From the NCBI GenBank assembly GCA_036172245.1, contig JAYWIR010000004.1, positions 744,001 through 808,000 of the forward strand: a stretch of DNA of 64,000 bases, in the 5' to 3' direction. The DNA is from Raillietiella orientalis. Its lineage: Eukaryota. The position numbers and the translations under genes are program-made. A model generated the notes under the pieces. The model saw only the letters and a list, made by a program, of their open reading frames with translations, did no database searches and had not been told where the DNA came from. Shown in pieces: positions 38,783 through 53,281 of the stretch; the first letter of the stretch is position 1, and each line of letters starts with the position of its first letter.

Positions 38783-39658
38783 ACCTGTTCGACTTTTTTT
38801 GATGATTTTCCATAGAGGCTGTAGGAGCATTTAATACACCAAAATTTTCTCTCCTCTTGTCTGCTGCCTCGAAGATTCCTGCAGTTTTTGAAAAAACTTC
38901 ATCTACTGATTGTATTCTCTACTCCTCAATTTTGAGAGTCCTTCGGAACACAAGCGGGAGATCATTGCCTGCTGCTCCTGGGATACGAGTCCAGTTGGTT
39001 TTTCTCTTGTAGACCTTTTGGTTCTGTACTCAATCCCATGCAGAATTGTGTCCTGTTCCTCCGATCGGTTTTCCTTTTGCTGGTTCATTTCTCTTGACCT
39101 CAGCTTTTGTCAGTCCAATTCCACATCTTCCATCTACTGTTTCTTCCCGAAAGTCAGATTAAACATTCGGTCGGATTAATCAAGAGATCCGTTGTTTTTT
39201 GGGGGGGCTTTCTTCTTTTTCTTTATGACAACAAGCTGTGCTTTTGGAATCTCCTTTCAGTGCCCCCCGCAGTCCTGCAGGAGTTGACCCTTTTGTGCCT
39301 GGGACGCTCAGAAGCCGATGTGCTCGCTTGCCTCATGTGTGTTCCATTCCACTTCCCGGTGCGAGACTGTCCCATACCCGAACTTCCTGAAAAAATGTGA
39401 AAAATCCGATTGGTGCCGGTACTTGGCCTGCACACACGACGACCGTTCGCCCAGGTGGAGGAGAGTGAGATTTCCCTCAGATCCGCCACCGCATGAGCTT
39501 CCCTGAAGAGGTGATTCCCGGCAAGGTCTTCGCATGCCCTTGCCAGATCGCGCCGTACTGGGATGAATCATCTCGGAAAGTCTCTTAGGAGCTAAGAAGC
39601 TCTGGTCGTCGTCGCCTCTTCCACTTCCATTCCTTTGAGGATTCAGGTTGATTCTTTT

Positions 39659-40900
39659 CTAAGAGGGGACTTCCAGACGTTCGCCACGATCTCTGTAAGC
39701 GTAAAGACCGTTTGCGGAAGGTAGATCATTTTGACCTTGGCAGCATCTAAGCTCTGCCTGCCCGGGGCGAGATTCGAGCCCACCCTTATTGCCTTGTCCC
39801 TGTTTGGTCCTGTTTTGAATGAAACTGATCATACCTTTCACGCTGTGATTGCAAGTTTCTTCGCAACTGCACGCACCATCATCAACCAGGACATGGACTA
39901 CCGATTGAGACTGGAGCCGGGTCGCTAGTTCATAGACGGGAAAGAAGTAGAATTTGGAGCGAATGCATCCTCTTAAAACTGAGTCCAGCTGACCTACACA
40001 GGAACATACCTTGGGAGGTGTGCGAGCATGAGGAGCACGGAGGTGTCTGGCCTTGAAATCGCCGATGTCCAGGATGCTCCGCCTGTGCCCCAGAGCTGAT
40101 GCTGCCAAGAGTGCTTTGAGAGCTGATCAGTGTGCAAAGTGTTCTCGATAGCATCAACTTGAAGAAAGGGAAGAATCATTTCTCCTTTCCGAGTGCTCGC
40201 AAAGGCGCAGAGCCCACTTGGAAAGGACGGGGTCTGAGGTGAGTATATATTCCAAGATCTGTGTTTTCCACATCCCATGCCGAAATAAGATTAAATTTTT
40301 TTTTTCAGGAAGAACAGATTTGGATGGAGATGCTTCTCATGAAGGCCGAAGTCTGGTTTGATGGCAGTCAGGAATGCAGTAAAAGACCCCATGGCGTGCT
40401 CTTTCCTCCAAAGCTGTACCACTTTCCCTTGCAATGACTCCTTGTTCTGCACACAATTTGGAGCTTTTTTTGGTAGTGAATTCTGCTATACCTACTTCTA
40501 TCGAATTCTGTAACCTTCCTCATTAGTAACTGATGTATCCGGCAAATTTTCAAAGCGTTTCTACCGTCGATAGAAGCTTTGTCCGGTTTCATTGCAGGAT
40601 TTCTTTTTTTTGCTTGCTGGCTGCAAGCCCAGACTATCCACTCCTGGAGATCCTGTAGTCTATTGGGGTCCGATTATCGAATCGTGTTGCCGAGGAAGCA
40701 GAATTCGTTTCCCTTCTGGATCGGTTCTTCTCAAATATTCATGTGCAGACGGACTGCCCATCCGCTTCTACTCTAGGGACCGATTTCCGAGTGCTCCTGA
40801 CCATTCCAACTCGGGAACAGTGGCTGCAAAATTCCTTATGACGTGCTCAGCATTCTCGAATAGATACGCTTCCTCTTTCGGAGCGCCTTTCTCATTCTGA
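39659..40900 (-). pseudogene. PMD-like pseudogene
   Basis: KGEMILPFLQVDAI (cf. GEMTITLEDV), LRGCI...FFP, NHSVKGMISFI (cf. the 37.9 kb copy NCQIKGVLAHL). Confidence 0.5.
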
Positions 40901-42784
40901 TCGCTCACCAAAGTGGGCGTCTAAATCATTCCCGTTGACGATTCAAGAATGGAGAACCCACTGATCTGGACAGTTGTTTGATTCACTTGGTGCATAGGTG
41001 AGCCCTGTTACTTTCCTCAGTGGTCAGTGCTGAAACTGAAGGAAATCGTCGTTCATGACTGATTGCACAATGCTCACTTGACAAAAGGAGGACGTAGGTC
41101 AAAAGATGGTGAACAGTGCCTGGCCAGGACGAGGCTACTTCGAAGCAATGCAAGCAAAAGAAGGAAACAGTTCGTGTCTACGCACAAGCTTGGTCTCCGC
41201 CTCCTCACAATCCTGTTCTTCGCTCCCTGAGTAGGAGAGGGGAAGCTCTGCTGTGATGGAACTGTAGAGTTCTTGTAAATGCATTTTGGAAGCACTTGCA
41301 AGAAATAATGAACGAAGAAAATAGTTTTCTTAGCATGCTGCTTCTTCATTTGATTTCTCAGTAGGCTGTCTGGGATTGAATCATTGTTCTCATTCACGTG
41401 ATCGTTTAATCAGAATAGTAAGAATGGACCTTCAAAAAACGTGCCTTTTTGGTAGAGGAAGCTATTTTTGTTGTGCAGGTCCTGAGCATTCCAGCTGCTC
41501 TTTCGAGACGGAAACAAATCCTATTTCTTTCTCTGCTTAGCTGAGTTTGGAATCGTGTTGAAGCCGTAGCCTTCTCTCACAAATGAGATCTTTTAGCAGA
41601 TTTTTTCATCATGGCTGTTGCCACCCTGGAAATGCTTTTCGTTTGCGTACGCCGTATTTCCGGAAACTCTCGTCCGTTTGCATTGGAACTACGATAGTGC
41701 CTAAAGTTCGTTAAGTTAATATATCATGCATGCAATCATGTCATTATTAATTATGCCATTATGCCCGATGAAGACGAATATCCTCTCGGTCCGCAATAGG
41801 TAACCTGCAGCCTGAGAGAGAAAGCATGCCTATGGCTGACACCGGAAGCATGCAGTCTCCCAAGATAAAAGCCGTTTCAGCCTGGATGGCAAAGGCAATC
41901 GAAGAATAGATCCAACGGCATATGGGTGATCATTCTTTCTGACGAACGATTCTCAGCAGCAAACCTTGTGATTTGCAGTACAGAACATTTGCGATGGCAT
42001 CGGTAATTTTCGAAGCAGTTCGCTCATTCATCACTGACAGTGGCATCATTCTTTTATCTGAAACCTTTATCTCATCATATGAAAAAAAAATTTCAATCAC
42101 AAATTCATGTGTGTGGGTAAACGTGTATGTTTGTCTATGTAGGCGAACATTTTGCACACGAACATGCATTCGTAGTTCTATTTACAAATGACTGAATCTA
42201 TGATTACGATGACCATTCGCCAATGTTTCACCTAAGACAGGTGATGAGAACAAATACCTTGCAGTATGTTGTAATTCACTCGGATGACAGCAAGAAGTTG
42301 CCGTATCTGTTAGTACGTCGGCTTGGAAAGATCTACGTGTGTATCATGCGTGTGTTTTTCGAGAAAAAATGCGAAAAAATCAGGACACATCATCAGGATG
42401 CGGCAGGATTGCATGCGGCGTATACAAGCACAAATGCGAAACTTCAAGCTCTGACGTGTTGCAAATTCAGATGTCTATCTGTCAACACTTCTAAATTTGG
42501 TAGCGAAACTTAGAAGCAAGACAATGCTTGCTAACACCTGAAGAACCTTCTGCAAGATACGTAGAGAGATAATTATAAGATAGAAGGATAATTATAGCAG
42601 TCCTAGAGTGAAAGATTGCATTATCATTGCTAATGAGAGTGACATGAGAATGGATGGCAGTGTGATACATGTCGTAAGTGTCCACGTGCGTCAGCCTCCG
42701 TAGGGACGAAAGGGCTACTTACCGCTGCTCTAGATGATGCTCTCCCACTAACACTGATCTCGACATGCCAAAAGCTCCATACTA

Positions 42785-43484
42785 ATGGTGTCTTTTAACA
42801 ACATTAAAGCCTATGTAGCTTTTATATCACTCACCAGTTTATTGCTGCATTTTGCCAGCGGTCCTCTGGTCACTCTTCCAAGTGAGCTCCTCACAACGCA
42901 TTGCTTCCATCTGAGAAGAGGACGTCTTCTTTTCTACGCACACGGAACAAACCATATTCCTGTAAGAGACATACAGAACCTCAGCATCGAGTCCACAGAA
43001 AGAAGAAAGTCAAAGCAGTCAAGCGGAAGATTCTTAAAAACAAAAAAAACCAAAAAGCAAAAAATCGCTCCCACAGCTGCCTCTCTCAATCCGTTCTGGA
43101 ACTCTCTTCAAGCTTCCTGAATTCCCCTTTTCCACCAGTTATCGAGAGAGCATATTCAGTTCTCTCGTCTGAGGGTGGGTCATTTCAGTTGCCTCCGAAG
43201 TCCCGTTCCTTGTGCACCTCAGGTTTCCTCCTCATGCAGGATTCCTCGACCCAAGATTCGAAATTTTTCACGAAGATGCTTCTGGGTCTGTAATTGCCGT
43301 AATCTGCTGTTCTATTAGTCGCTTAGGAACCTGCATTCCTTCCTCTTGCTCCAGTGCACGAGTCCCAAAACGCCTCCTCGTTTGGAAGGGAATCCTGTTT
43401 TCCTGGAGCCACGGCAGCTCCCTCTTGCGTTGCTTTCCGAAATTTGGGGACCCTAATCTGCTTTCCTGTTCCTATAAAGAATGA
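42785..43484 (+). pseudogene. PMD-like pseudogene (clearest signature)
   Basis: 'TTHCFHLRRGRL' closely fits PMD ETHTFHLP.GEM; then ASGSVIAVI and RLLVW. Confidence 0.6.
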
Positions 43485-44099
43485 ATAATTTCTGCAATCC
43501 ACTCTTTTACAAATTGGCTGTTGCTGGAGGGGAAGCTGCAATTGTGTTCTTTAAATGCACTCATGAATATGGTTGCAAATATTTAATGTTCACAGGGTGG
43601 TGCAGACGATGCAAGAGTTCTGGGCAGGAAGCTCGGAGACCACGTGAGCTACGATTGCTTGCAGAGTCTCTCCTTCCGGACCACTGCGGAGAGCGCTGAG
43701 TTCCCGGCAGAAAATCGTCCAATCCTTGCAACGGCAGCGCCTTTCTGAAGTGAATTCAATTGGAATCCTGGAGGGAATCCAAAGAGATTCCTAGGGAGCG
43801 TTCCAGGTTATGCAGCAATCAGAATCATTTTGAGCGTATCCTAGGAAGGAACTAATGAACAAAATGGTGCCAAGAGTAACTCTCGAATTTTAGAACCGTT
43901 AGTTGATGCTGCATTCTGTTTCAAAACGTTGCTGATGTTGTTTTTATTTATATTTATATCCCATGGATTGCGTAAGGTATGGGGAGAGGGATATGCCACC
44001 ATTCTCACTACTATCTCCTCTGATGCCTCTGCCCGCTAATGGCAGAGCTCATGCAAGCCAGGTCCTTGCTTTGTGACTGAAGTCTCTGCCAATGGCTCC

Positions 44100-45400
44100 G
44101 AAAGATGCAACGAGTTCCTCTTTGATGTGTTGCTCCTGATACTACAGGAACCCTAGCTCCCTTGGCAATCGCATCATTTTCCGAGTTGCAAGATCTTGAT
44201 GATCCTGAGGTGAGTATCCATACCGACTCGCAGACTCCACGAGAAGCGTAGTGGAACCGGATCTTCCTTGGGCTGCTCAGGATGGTTTCCTCCTGCTCCG
44301 CTAGGGGCCTCTCAAATAGGGCTCGAGACTGCAGTCTTGCGCACGAGACTCGTACGGAGAGCGCAGGAGAGGAAGGTGCGGTCCCCATGCAGAGCTCGGT
44401 GCCACAGACACCATCTGCTTGGACACCCGATCAACCCGCTGAATTGTTGTGAGGGGTCGTGATCAACATCAATGAGAATGGACTTTGGTGGAGGCGCGGA
44501 GGAAAATCATTCGAAGAGAGTGGAGCGGATCCTGAATGCAGCAGCTCCTGCCTCAACACAGCGGTGGTAGCCGAGACAAAGAGAGAGAAAACGTGGGTGG
44601 AAGAACACTGGCAGCAGCCGTAATGGCGCAAAGCCTGGTGAGAAGGGAGAAAGGTGCTGCTGATGAGGTGTGCAAAAGTTACGAGACGTTGCCGGCGACC
44701 CTCGACGGTGTATGGAGTATCTCGGCACCCCCTGTGAAAAAGACAAGATCCTGAAATTACTGGTCGACAGCCATGTCCTCTGCCTGCGTTGCCATAGGAT
44801 CGGAAACCTCCTCCTACGCTAGGGGCGCTCTTTCAAAACTGCCATCCTAATCAGGATTGAGAGGACCTCCCGCAGGACAGTATGAAGCCTGTCCCCGGCG
44901 CTTCTTGAATGCGGAACCCACGCAAGGGAACTCATCGCTCAGCCCCCCGATGCTGCTCTGCAGGACCCGTTTGAGATGTTTCTCCACGTGCGGCTTACCG
45001 ATCGCTTGCCCACCGGCTATTCTCCTCCACGTGCGAGCACCGCTAGTCTCCAAGATGGACGCAGGGCGTGAGCACCATGCCCGAGAGCCGTTTGCAACTG
45101 TTACCGCCCCTACTTGAGGAAGGTAACGAAATGGTTCAATCCGGGATGCGAGTTCCGAAAGGACCTTTGGATGATCGCGGGCAGGCTAACCAGACGTCGG
45201 TGAACGCGCCCGTTTCCTCCCTCCCCAGCGCCGGTTCCTAGAACCGTGTTGAATGGCATGATTCCAGTCCATTCCCTTTTTCATTCCTTATTTATTGATT
45301 GGTGGTCCCGCCCCACCGTCCAGTCCTACCTAATTCCTCCCCCTTTCTTTTCGAAGCGGTGCCTAGCTGGATAAGTTTTATTTCTTCTATTTTAAACAAC
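44100..45400 (+). mobile_element. LINE 3' remnant with UTR
   Basis: HLLGHPI, LPATLDGVW; ends in CAGCGCCGGTT (45226-45236, identical to 24402-24412) then a pyrimidine-rich tract. Confidence 0.4.
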
Positions 45401-45539
45401 CGACCCCGCAGTCCGGAATGAGGTCACAATTGGGCGCTTATCGACCCAAGATTACACATACATAGAAGCACCGGAGTCCTCTACCGAATTCCCCACAAGG
45501 TGAACATCGTCCGACGTGCACTTTGTCCTCGGGGAACGC

Positions 45540-47900
45540 TCTGAAACTGCAAAGGGGACGGGAAAATGAATAAATAACGGGAACGGAGGAGAAGAAGCCA
45601 CCGAGCTTTAGTTCCTAGGACCCCCGCCCGGTGCGGGAGTGCTTTCTGTCCCTCGCTGTTTCATCCGGCCAAGACCACCTCGCCCCGGTCGGTGGAGTGG
45701 AGTCTCCTGGCCAGCAAGCTCCTCTGCTTGCGGGAACGCGTCTCGGGAAGGGACACGTCGCCCGGGGCGCTCGTCCGGATGGAAGTGAGGTCGGTTGCTG
45801 CCGCGCTCTCGCCTCCCGTCGGCAGGGCACCGTGGGGGTCGAGCAGGTGTTGAGGGATGAGCACTTGCCGGAGCGCACCCCTCGGAGCAAGAAGTTTCCT
45901 CGCTTCTCGCGGCACGGCGTCGCGGGTGGTCCTCGTCTGCTACATGCGGTGGGGAAACCACAGATGTTCTTCTGTAGAGGAAGAGACCGAGACCACGAGT
46001 TCCCCTCGTAGGCGGCCCATCGGTCTCGCGGATAGAAGCAGTCCTTGCGTCTGTTTCTTTAAAAGCAACCATTTTTGTGTGGGTATGGTCAAGATGGGGC
46101 TTGAATATTTGGGGTTTTTTTTCAAACAAAGCAGCGATTCTTAAATTCCGTGTTCTTGAGTGCTTTGTGGAAATCTTTGGAATGCATTGTTTTTGCCTCG
46201 CTCTTCAGAGTATGAAAGATCACAAGCCATCAGCAGTTATCGAAAACTGCAGCCTTATTTTTTCCCTTGTAGGCTAAACCTGGGATCATGAAAGTCTACA
46301 GAATCCATCGCGGGTATTCAGTGGTTGAAATCCTCACCGTACTAGTGGACCTGCTTGCTTCCTCTGTGTTTGCTTGCATCTTGAGGAAAAGTCGAGTGAT
46401 GTACGAAGAACAAAAAAAGCTCAGGTGCCGGATTTTTTTGTTTAGCATTCGCCCACTTGCATGAGGATCGGATGTCATCCCCAGTGTCCTTGGACCATCG
46501 CACCCTCCCCTTCAAGTGGAAGGAGTCGGCACTCCCTCAGCTGCTTTTAAACTGTGTTCCCGGAAGGCAGCACAGTTTAAAATGTGAGCGTTTCTCCACT
46601 ACCCTTCATTTCCCAGTTGGCAACCATTGTGACGCGCTTAAACTCTGTTCGTGCACGATCACAGCTTCCGACCGCTTCCTTAGCAGCTCTTTGCCGCGCT
46701 TGCAGTGTTGCGGAGACCTGCAGCGAAGATGGAAGAGGAGGAGACGGAAGGGATGCGATCCAGTTCGACATTAGCTTCCTGCGGATGGCAGCCAGATGTC
46801 CCCACCTGGAAGGTCTGCAGATGGAACTCGCCAGCATACTGTCAGGGATGTGGAGGATGTTCTTAAGAGACTGCGATCCCATCCCGTGTCCCCCGCATTT
46901 TTTTCTACCCACTTTTGTTTGTTCTTTATTTTATTTTTCTTTGTTTCCTTCTCCTTTGTTGCCCAGAGGGACATCGCTGGTCTGCGTACCGGCACCTCGG
47001 CAGGTTCCTTGTGTGGATGGATGAGTGCCCTACCACTACATTTGTGTGTTTATTGAGTTTTCGACAAATGCTCAGGCTTGGTGGGTGGAAACTCCTTGTC
47101 CTCGATCACCCCAGCACCCCGTGTCCGTTTCCAAGGCGGCAGCCGCATCGGAAGAGTCCAGATTGATTCCAGCTTCCCAGGAGCCAGTTTTGTATGAGTT
47201 CAAACTGTGTCCCAAGACACTTAGCTTCGAGCAATTGAGGACTTGACATCAGGGGATCTTTAAAAGAGAGTCCTCCTCCCTCAACTCATGAACTGAGCAT
47301 ATGACATGTTGGCAGAGGTCACATGACGATACGAAGAGATCGGGTTGCAGAGCTTTGGAGGTAGCGGGAGGATCCTCACTTACGCTTTGCTATGGATTTC
47401 ACTATTCGCAACCGTCTTCTGGCGCGATCCATAAATAATCACCAGGAGCAGATAAAACTCAACTCTTCTCCAGCTAAACCAAAGCGTCTTGCGCTCTGTG
47501 ACCAGACGTGGAATCCCACGCCGGCATCGTTTTCCCTGGGATCGGGGATGGAATTCGGTATGGAACAGAACGTGGGTTCCATATTTAGCGTGAGATCATG
47601 GTTTCTAGACCTCGTGACTGCTATACACACGCACACCGTGTCTCGTGGTCCCCGAGTGTTCTCACTATCTTCATTTGTTCTTCAGGCCGTGTTCTTACGT
47701 GCCCGCGCGTGCGCACATCCTCCTCGTTCACCCATCGCGCTGCTTCCCCATGCCACGAGATGAACCGCACCTTGATCACAAGCAGCGGTCTTGGGCGTCT
47801 GCAGCCTGAAGGCATCGAGGTTTGATTCCTCTCCAAGAGGCTGGTTCCAATCACGAAGGAAGTTCGATAACAGTTGCCATTGGCTCCCAAGTGAGAGAAT
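45540..47900 (-). mobile_element. Decayed LINE ORF2
   Basis: VRFISWHG, HDLTLNME...GVGF (endonuclease-like), GTRDGI, RKLMSNWI, PTRGTRGLGL, pyrimidine-rich 3' tract. Confidence 0.45.
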
Positions 47901-48581
47901 TTTCTTGTTCATGGGTGCAACAACCATATTATTTTCTTCACAGTGTCTTCTCTTAGGCAGCAGACCAACAGCAGAGCTTTTCTGTGCTGGAGCAAGCGAT
48001 GTGGTTCTACCTTTCGAGCTGCAGAAAAGGAACCATTTCATGAGCAGAGTTGTCTTCACTTCTCGCTATCGAGGATGGATCTACCAACCAGGCAGCTTCC
48101 CTTAAAAGGAAAAGGATTTGGCACTTCCATCCTTGACAGATAGTGCCAACTCCAGCAGTCGACTACGATTTATGTTTGCCGGAGGAGTCGAGCAGCCTGA
48201 GATTGGAGATGAAAACATCTAATCCGAGATCGTCAGTTTTCCGCAGTTCCCCACTCGGTTGTGTGACTACTAGGTATCCTTATGATTCCGGGTAGGTCTT
48301 GACAGGACTGCCAGGATCTTAATAGCGGAAAGACTTAATAGGCTGACGACATTCATTTGGCCATTTGAAAGGATCGGCTATCTGAACTGTCCGCTCGTTC
48401 ACCGTTGTCCTTTCTACGGAGAAAAGAGAGAATAGGAAGAAAAAAGGTGTGTGAAAGCGAGAAGATCGGGTTCAGGGACGTAATCAGCGTAGGATTAAAT
48501 TCAACTGGGACATGTTTCGTGGTCGCAGGAAAACTGGGCGAAACTTGTTAAGAGCTCTCTGTCCAGCACGAACGCGGATAA

Positions 48582-49400
48582 GTGCCGCCCAATCGTATGT
48601 CTCATGACTTGCTCCGAGGCTCTGAAAAGGGAAAAGGGAAGTGGATCCCAATAAAAATTAGAAAACCAGTAAAGAAAAGACAGATGACCATGGAAGGACG
48701 CCTTGGCGACCAGGCATGGAAAGCAAACATAACTCAGGGCAAGCAAAGAGCTGCTGATCACTCTCTAGGCTTAAAAAGTGCTATTGGAACCGGAACACGG
48801 TCACAGCTTTCGTGTGTTCCATGGATGAGAGCGTCCGATTCTCGGGTGTTTCTAGAGGACGACGCGGAGTGCTCAGATTTCCGAAGTCGAAGCCACCTCA
48901 CCTTCAGGAAAGGCAAGCTCACTCCAGTTGTTCTCCGCGATCTGCGAAGAAGCGAGCGAGTCTGCCTAGAGATTGTCGGACAGCCGGTAGGACAACAGCG
49001 GTAGACATACTCACAGAACAATCACGGGATCGAGTAGGCTGAAGCAGTTCCGATAGCAGCAGAGACAGGAGCAGCAACAAAAGCAATAGCAGCGACAGCA
49101 GGAATGACTACCGATGGCAGAAAGCAATAACACAAATAATCGCGAGTTCGAAAGATGGACAAGAATGAGAAAAGATCTTTTATTTGCTGCGTGCACTTGC
49201 TAGTTTCTCGAGGAAGGATTCTTTTGACCTGAGCCATATCTTTGTACGAGCCATGTCTACTTGGACGGAAAAGAAGACAAGAACTCCTGGTGGGAGACAG
49301 GAGAGAAAGATGCGTAGGCAGGTACGATAACGGACCTTGGGTTTCTGCGTGAAAGCACCAAAGGAAGAGTCTCCATGCAGAAGATCCTGCCTGTCATCGG
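48582..49400 (+). pseudogene. PMD-like pseudogene antisense to the 3' end of the best LINE
   Basis: 'RSHLTFRKGKLTPVVLRDL...VGQPVG', KRSFICC, DLSHIFV, PWVSA. Confidence 0.55.
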
Positions 49401-50499
49401 GTGAGTCTCGAAAGAGCGCAATACTATCGATTCTTGTTGAGGATCCGCCAGAAGTTTTTTACCTCACCGATATGGAGAGTCTTTAGTTGGTTCCCTAGAA
49501 GGACAATTTCGATTCTACTGGAGAAACTCTTCTTCGGAGAGGGCCACCTCAGGAGAGGGTTGCTTTTTGCTCCGAGCTGAAAATAAGACAGATCTTGAAG
49601 TCAGAGTCAGGACAGAGGAAGAGACGCTTTCAATGTGCCTCCAACGCATCGAGGGGGGAGTGAAAGGGATGTAGACCTCTTGACTCGCACGAACAACTCA
49701 TGGTCCCTATCGCTGTCGTGAGAACCTTTTCATAAACCCCTGATGCCCATCACGGGAGAAGGAATGACGCCAGCCACAGTTTGTCTCCCTCTCAATGAAA
49801 GAGTCAGTGATATACGAACAGCGAATCCTCTCCAAAGAATCGGCTGAAGTTGGCCCAGAACAATTTTCCCCAGGTCTGACAGATGCTTGGGGTGAATTTT
49901 TGAGGCACAACTCTTACATGGAAACAGTATTTGCATATTTGCATCCATATTGGAACAGCATCGTTCTCCGCAGCATTGCGTAGCACTTATTCGAATTTCT
50001 GTCAGTATGAGGTACTGGGCATCTCAGTCACTTAGGCTATATCCTCAACCTTTTCCAAGATGTAGCGATAAGTACAAGCTGAGATTCCGCCGCAGTTCCT
50101 GATTCCGATTTCCCTCTGGATAATTCATCTTAAGATGCACATGGCAGGCCTTGCTTTCCTTGGATTCCTTACTTTTGCCCTTATCACACCGCTCGTGATG
50201 AAGGGAGCAGTAGTTGTTCTCACCATGGGGTTGTATTAGGGAATAAGCCCGCCAGGATTTCCGTTCTTGTGCTGCTCTGCAGATTTACCACAGCCTTCGG
50301 GACTTCCAGGTCTTGTAGCAGTGTTGGGCAGGTCAGTACGTGGAGCTGGGTTTCCTTGTACTCCACAAGCTGTACAAAGCTCGTCTTGAATGTTACCAGT
50401 TCAGTACTTAAACGTCGAGTCACTCAGGATTCCACCTTGCTAAAACGTGACGATTTTGAGGTTGTCCTGAATGCCTGGCGGCAGGTCTTCCAGATTTTC

Positions 50500-53281
50500 T
50501 GTCTCTCCAGCCCCTTTCAGGTCCACGTTCCTGATCCCATAGTTGCGGGGCAGGATGTCATGGTTTTCGTGTATGGGGGGAATGAGTTCCCTGAGATCCT
50601 TCTTTGCTATTTGGACCACACTAGGTTCTGATTTTTACACAGCTCACGTGTCCTGCAGGTAGATAATGAGATATCAATATCAGAATAGCTGCATCTTGTG
50701 ACAGTTGCCACTGGTTGCGAACTGTTCCCATTCCCGACTGGTGAATCTAACCTTTTGGTGTATCCACATCCTAGTCTTCTGTGGGATGAGAAGAAAGCAA
50801 GGAATCACCAAGGCCAGTTCTTCATTCATATTTCTTTGCTTTGAGGCACTATTTTTAGTTGGCGCCTGCTCGCCTGCTTCCTCTTCCACGTGGGGTCCGT
50901 GTCTATCCGGTTTACCAATTACGGCTAGCAGCAGCCACTCAAGTTGTTCAACTACTCCGAGTAGCTTCTGTGAGATGCAAACAGCGACTTATCCCAGTCC
51001 TCGTCGATTTCTAGTTTTCTCGCGTCCATGGTTTGCAAGGAGTGTTCTGACGAATTCATCCCGGTCCAGCCTCCTCGAGGGTGGCACAAGTGCTTGAGCC
51101 TAACTCGCGGTTTGAATTCTTTCGAAAGTAATTTTCTTTGCAGCTGTTCTACTTCTAACTGAGATTTCTTGTCCATTCGGCAGAACGCTGCTCCGTAGAG
51201 CACCTTGGGAAACAAAACGACATTTCACAGTTCGGCTCTCTGCTTCATGTTGAAGTCGGCCCGAGTGTATTCTGCGGACTCTTCTCTGGTCTTCTTCAGG
51301 ATTTCTTTCTACAAGATCGGAGAAGCCGAGTCTTCGCCTATGTGGATTCCCAGGTACTTGATCTGATCGGCCACTCAAAATTCCTTCTCCGTTAGGGTGA
51401 AGAAATCCAAGATTCCGATGAGCAAAGTTGAGACTTCTCGAACTTGACCTTGAGCCTCAATCCTTGTTCCATAAACCTGAATAATTCCAGGATGGCATGC
51501 TGATATCCTTCAGAACAAAGAGAAGATCGTCCGCATACGCCAGGCGAGTCAGTCTATCTTCAACATTGTAATACCTTGGAGGTGTCTTCATCAGTGTTGA
51601 CTCAGCATTCCATGTAGATGACAAACAGCAACGAACTGAAGGAGTCATCTTGGAGGGCTCCCCTCCATCCGAATTACTGTCTGTGTTTTCTCTGTTGATA
51701 CGAATCTTGATCTACCGCTCCTAGAGCGTCTTCTCTACTTATTTGCTGCAGCATCTTGGGAAGTCCAGCTTCCTTATATTCAGCATCATCCAGTGGTACA
51801 CGGTGTTACAAGCCTTCTCCACATCCGTGAAACTCAGCACCAGGTTTTGAGATTGGTTAGGTCACCTCGATTGGGCAGCAATTGCTTCTTTCGGGAAATG
51901 ACACTTGGAGTCTCTGTTCTTCAGCTCTTTGAGTGAGTTCGTGGAACAGACGTAGGTAGGCTTGCAGGTAACGCTGCTAGCAAGGGATAGGCACACATCG
52001 GGAGCGGCTGCCGCATTCTTACGAAGTGCTGCGAGCGCGCTCTTGATTTCTTCCATGGAGATGTCCTCGACGAGTCGATCTTGCTGCTGTTGGCCCAGCG
52101 TCTCCGGTGCAGGCGGTGTGGGATCGTTTCCTGCTCCTCGAGGTACAGATGTTATCACCTGAAGTAAGAAATGTGTTGCTCTTAAAAAGCATCTACGATT
52201 CCTTCCGACATATGACTGACTTGGTCGTCGTAGCGAATTCAATCCGTGGCTACGTTCTTCTCCAGCACGCCGATTCCTCCTTTTACAATTGGAGAGATGT
52301 AACCGCTTTTTGTACCGATCCCAATAACTCTAGTGGAAGTGATCCTGGATGTTCAACTCACGATACGTTTCCTTTCTCATCCTTCTGTCGGCGTAATGTA
52401 AGTTGTAGAACAGATGAATTGCGGGTTTCATCCTGTCCCAGTCGGCGACTCTGCGGATGGTTGTCTCTCGGAATCCTCTCGATGATTGTTTGGTGACTGG
52501 GTAGAGCCTCAAATCAGAAGGGAATGCAAATGAGAGACTGTCTGGTACCATTCTTCCTCTGAAGGTTCTCGGTTTCCAAAGTAAACAGTAATAGGAGGCG
52601 ATCCGACATCAGTGTCTGCGTGTTTCAGAATCCCTGCTTACTGTTACTGATTTTTTTTTGATGTAGAGGAGGTGGTCAATTGGCTTGTAGATCGCTGTTA
52701 GCCACAGCAGTCCGACTTTTTCAGACAGCTATCGATACGCTATCAAATCGGGTGATCCCCAGGATGTCAAAATCACCGACGATAATGATGATCTTGGGTG
52801 CGGCTATGCTGCACAGAAGAGTCTGCACCGCTTCTGCACACCGGTGTGTTCCTCTGTGAGGTCCGTACACGTTCACCAGGAACAGGTGGACGCTTCTGGA
52901 TCGGGACATTCGAACGCCGATGATTCATCCTGGTGATAGAGAGAAAGTCTGGAGGATGGCATGTGCCATATCGTTTTCCACGAATATTAACTCCTTGGCC
53001 TGCTTTTCACTCGCGCTGATGAACAGCTGGACATCCAGTCGTCGCCTGCGTTTCATTCCGATCCAGTGGCCCATGACGTGGGTTTCTTGTAGGCACACGA
53101 TGCGCTTACGCTCGATAGTACGTAAGATGTTTCTTCTTTTTTGCACTGATTCCACAATCTGTTGATATTCCAGAATTTTAATACTTTCCTGGACGATGGC
53201 AGAAAGGAAGTCGCCGAGATTTATTTGGAGGCACTGATTTTCTTCTGAGGAGACTACGTTTGTTTCCTGGAAGTTGCGCAT
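50500..53281 (-). pseudogene. LINE ORF2: APE endonuclease + reverse transcriptase
   Basis: VCLQETH (~53085), VNVYGP, IVGDFD, PIDHLL, SDR, EEIKSAL...AAPD, TDVEKA, AYADD (YADD 51526-51537), IKYLGIHI (~51350). Confidence 0.9.

Noticed and set aside
41865..41915. SOCS-box-like 'LRLPLPSRLKRLL' on the minus strand
   Set aside because: Frame has nearby stops and lacks the N-terminal half of the box
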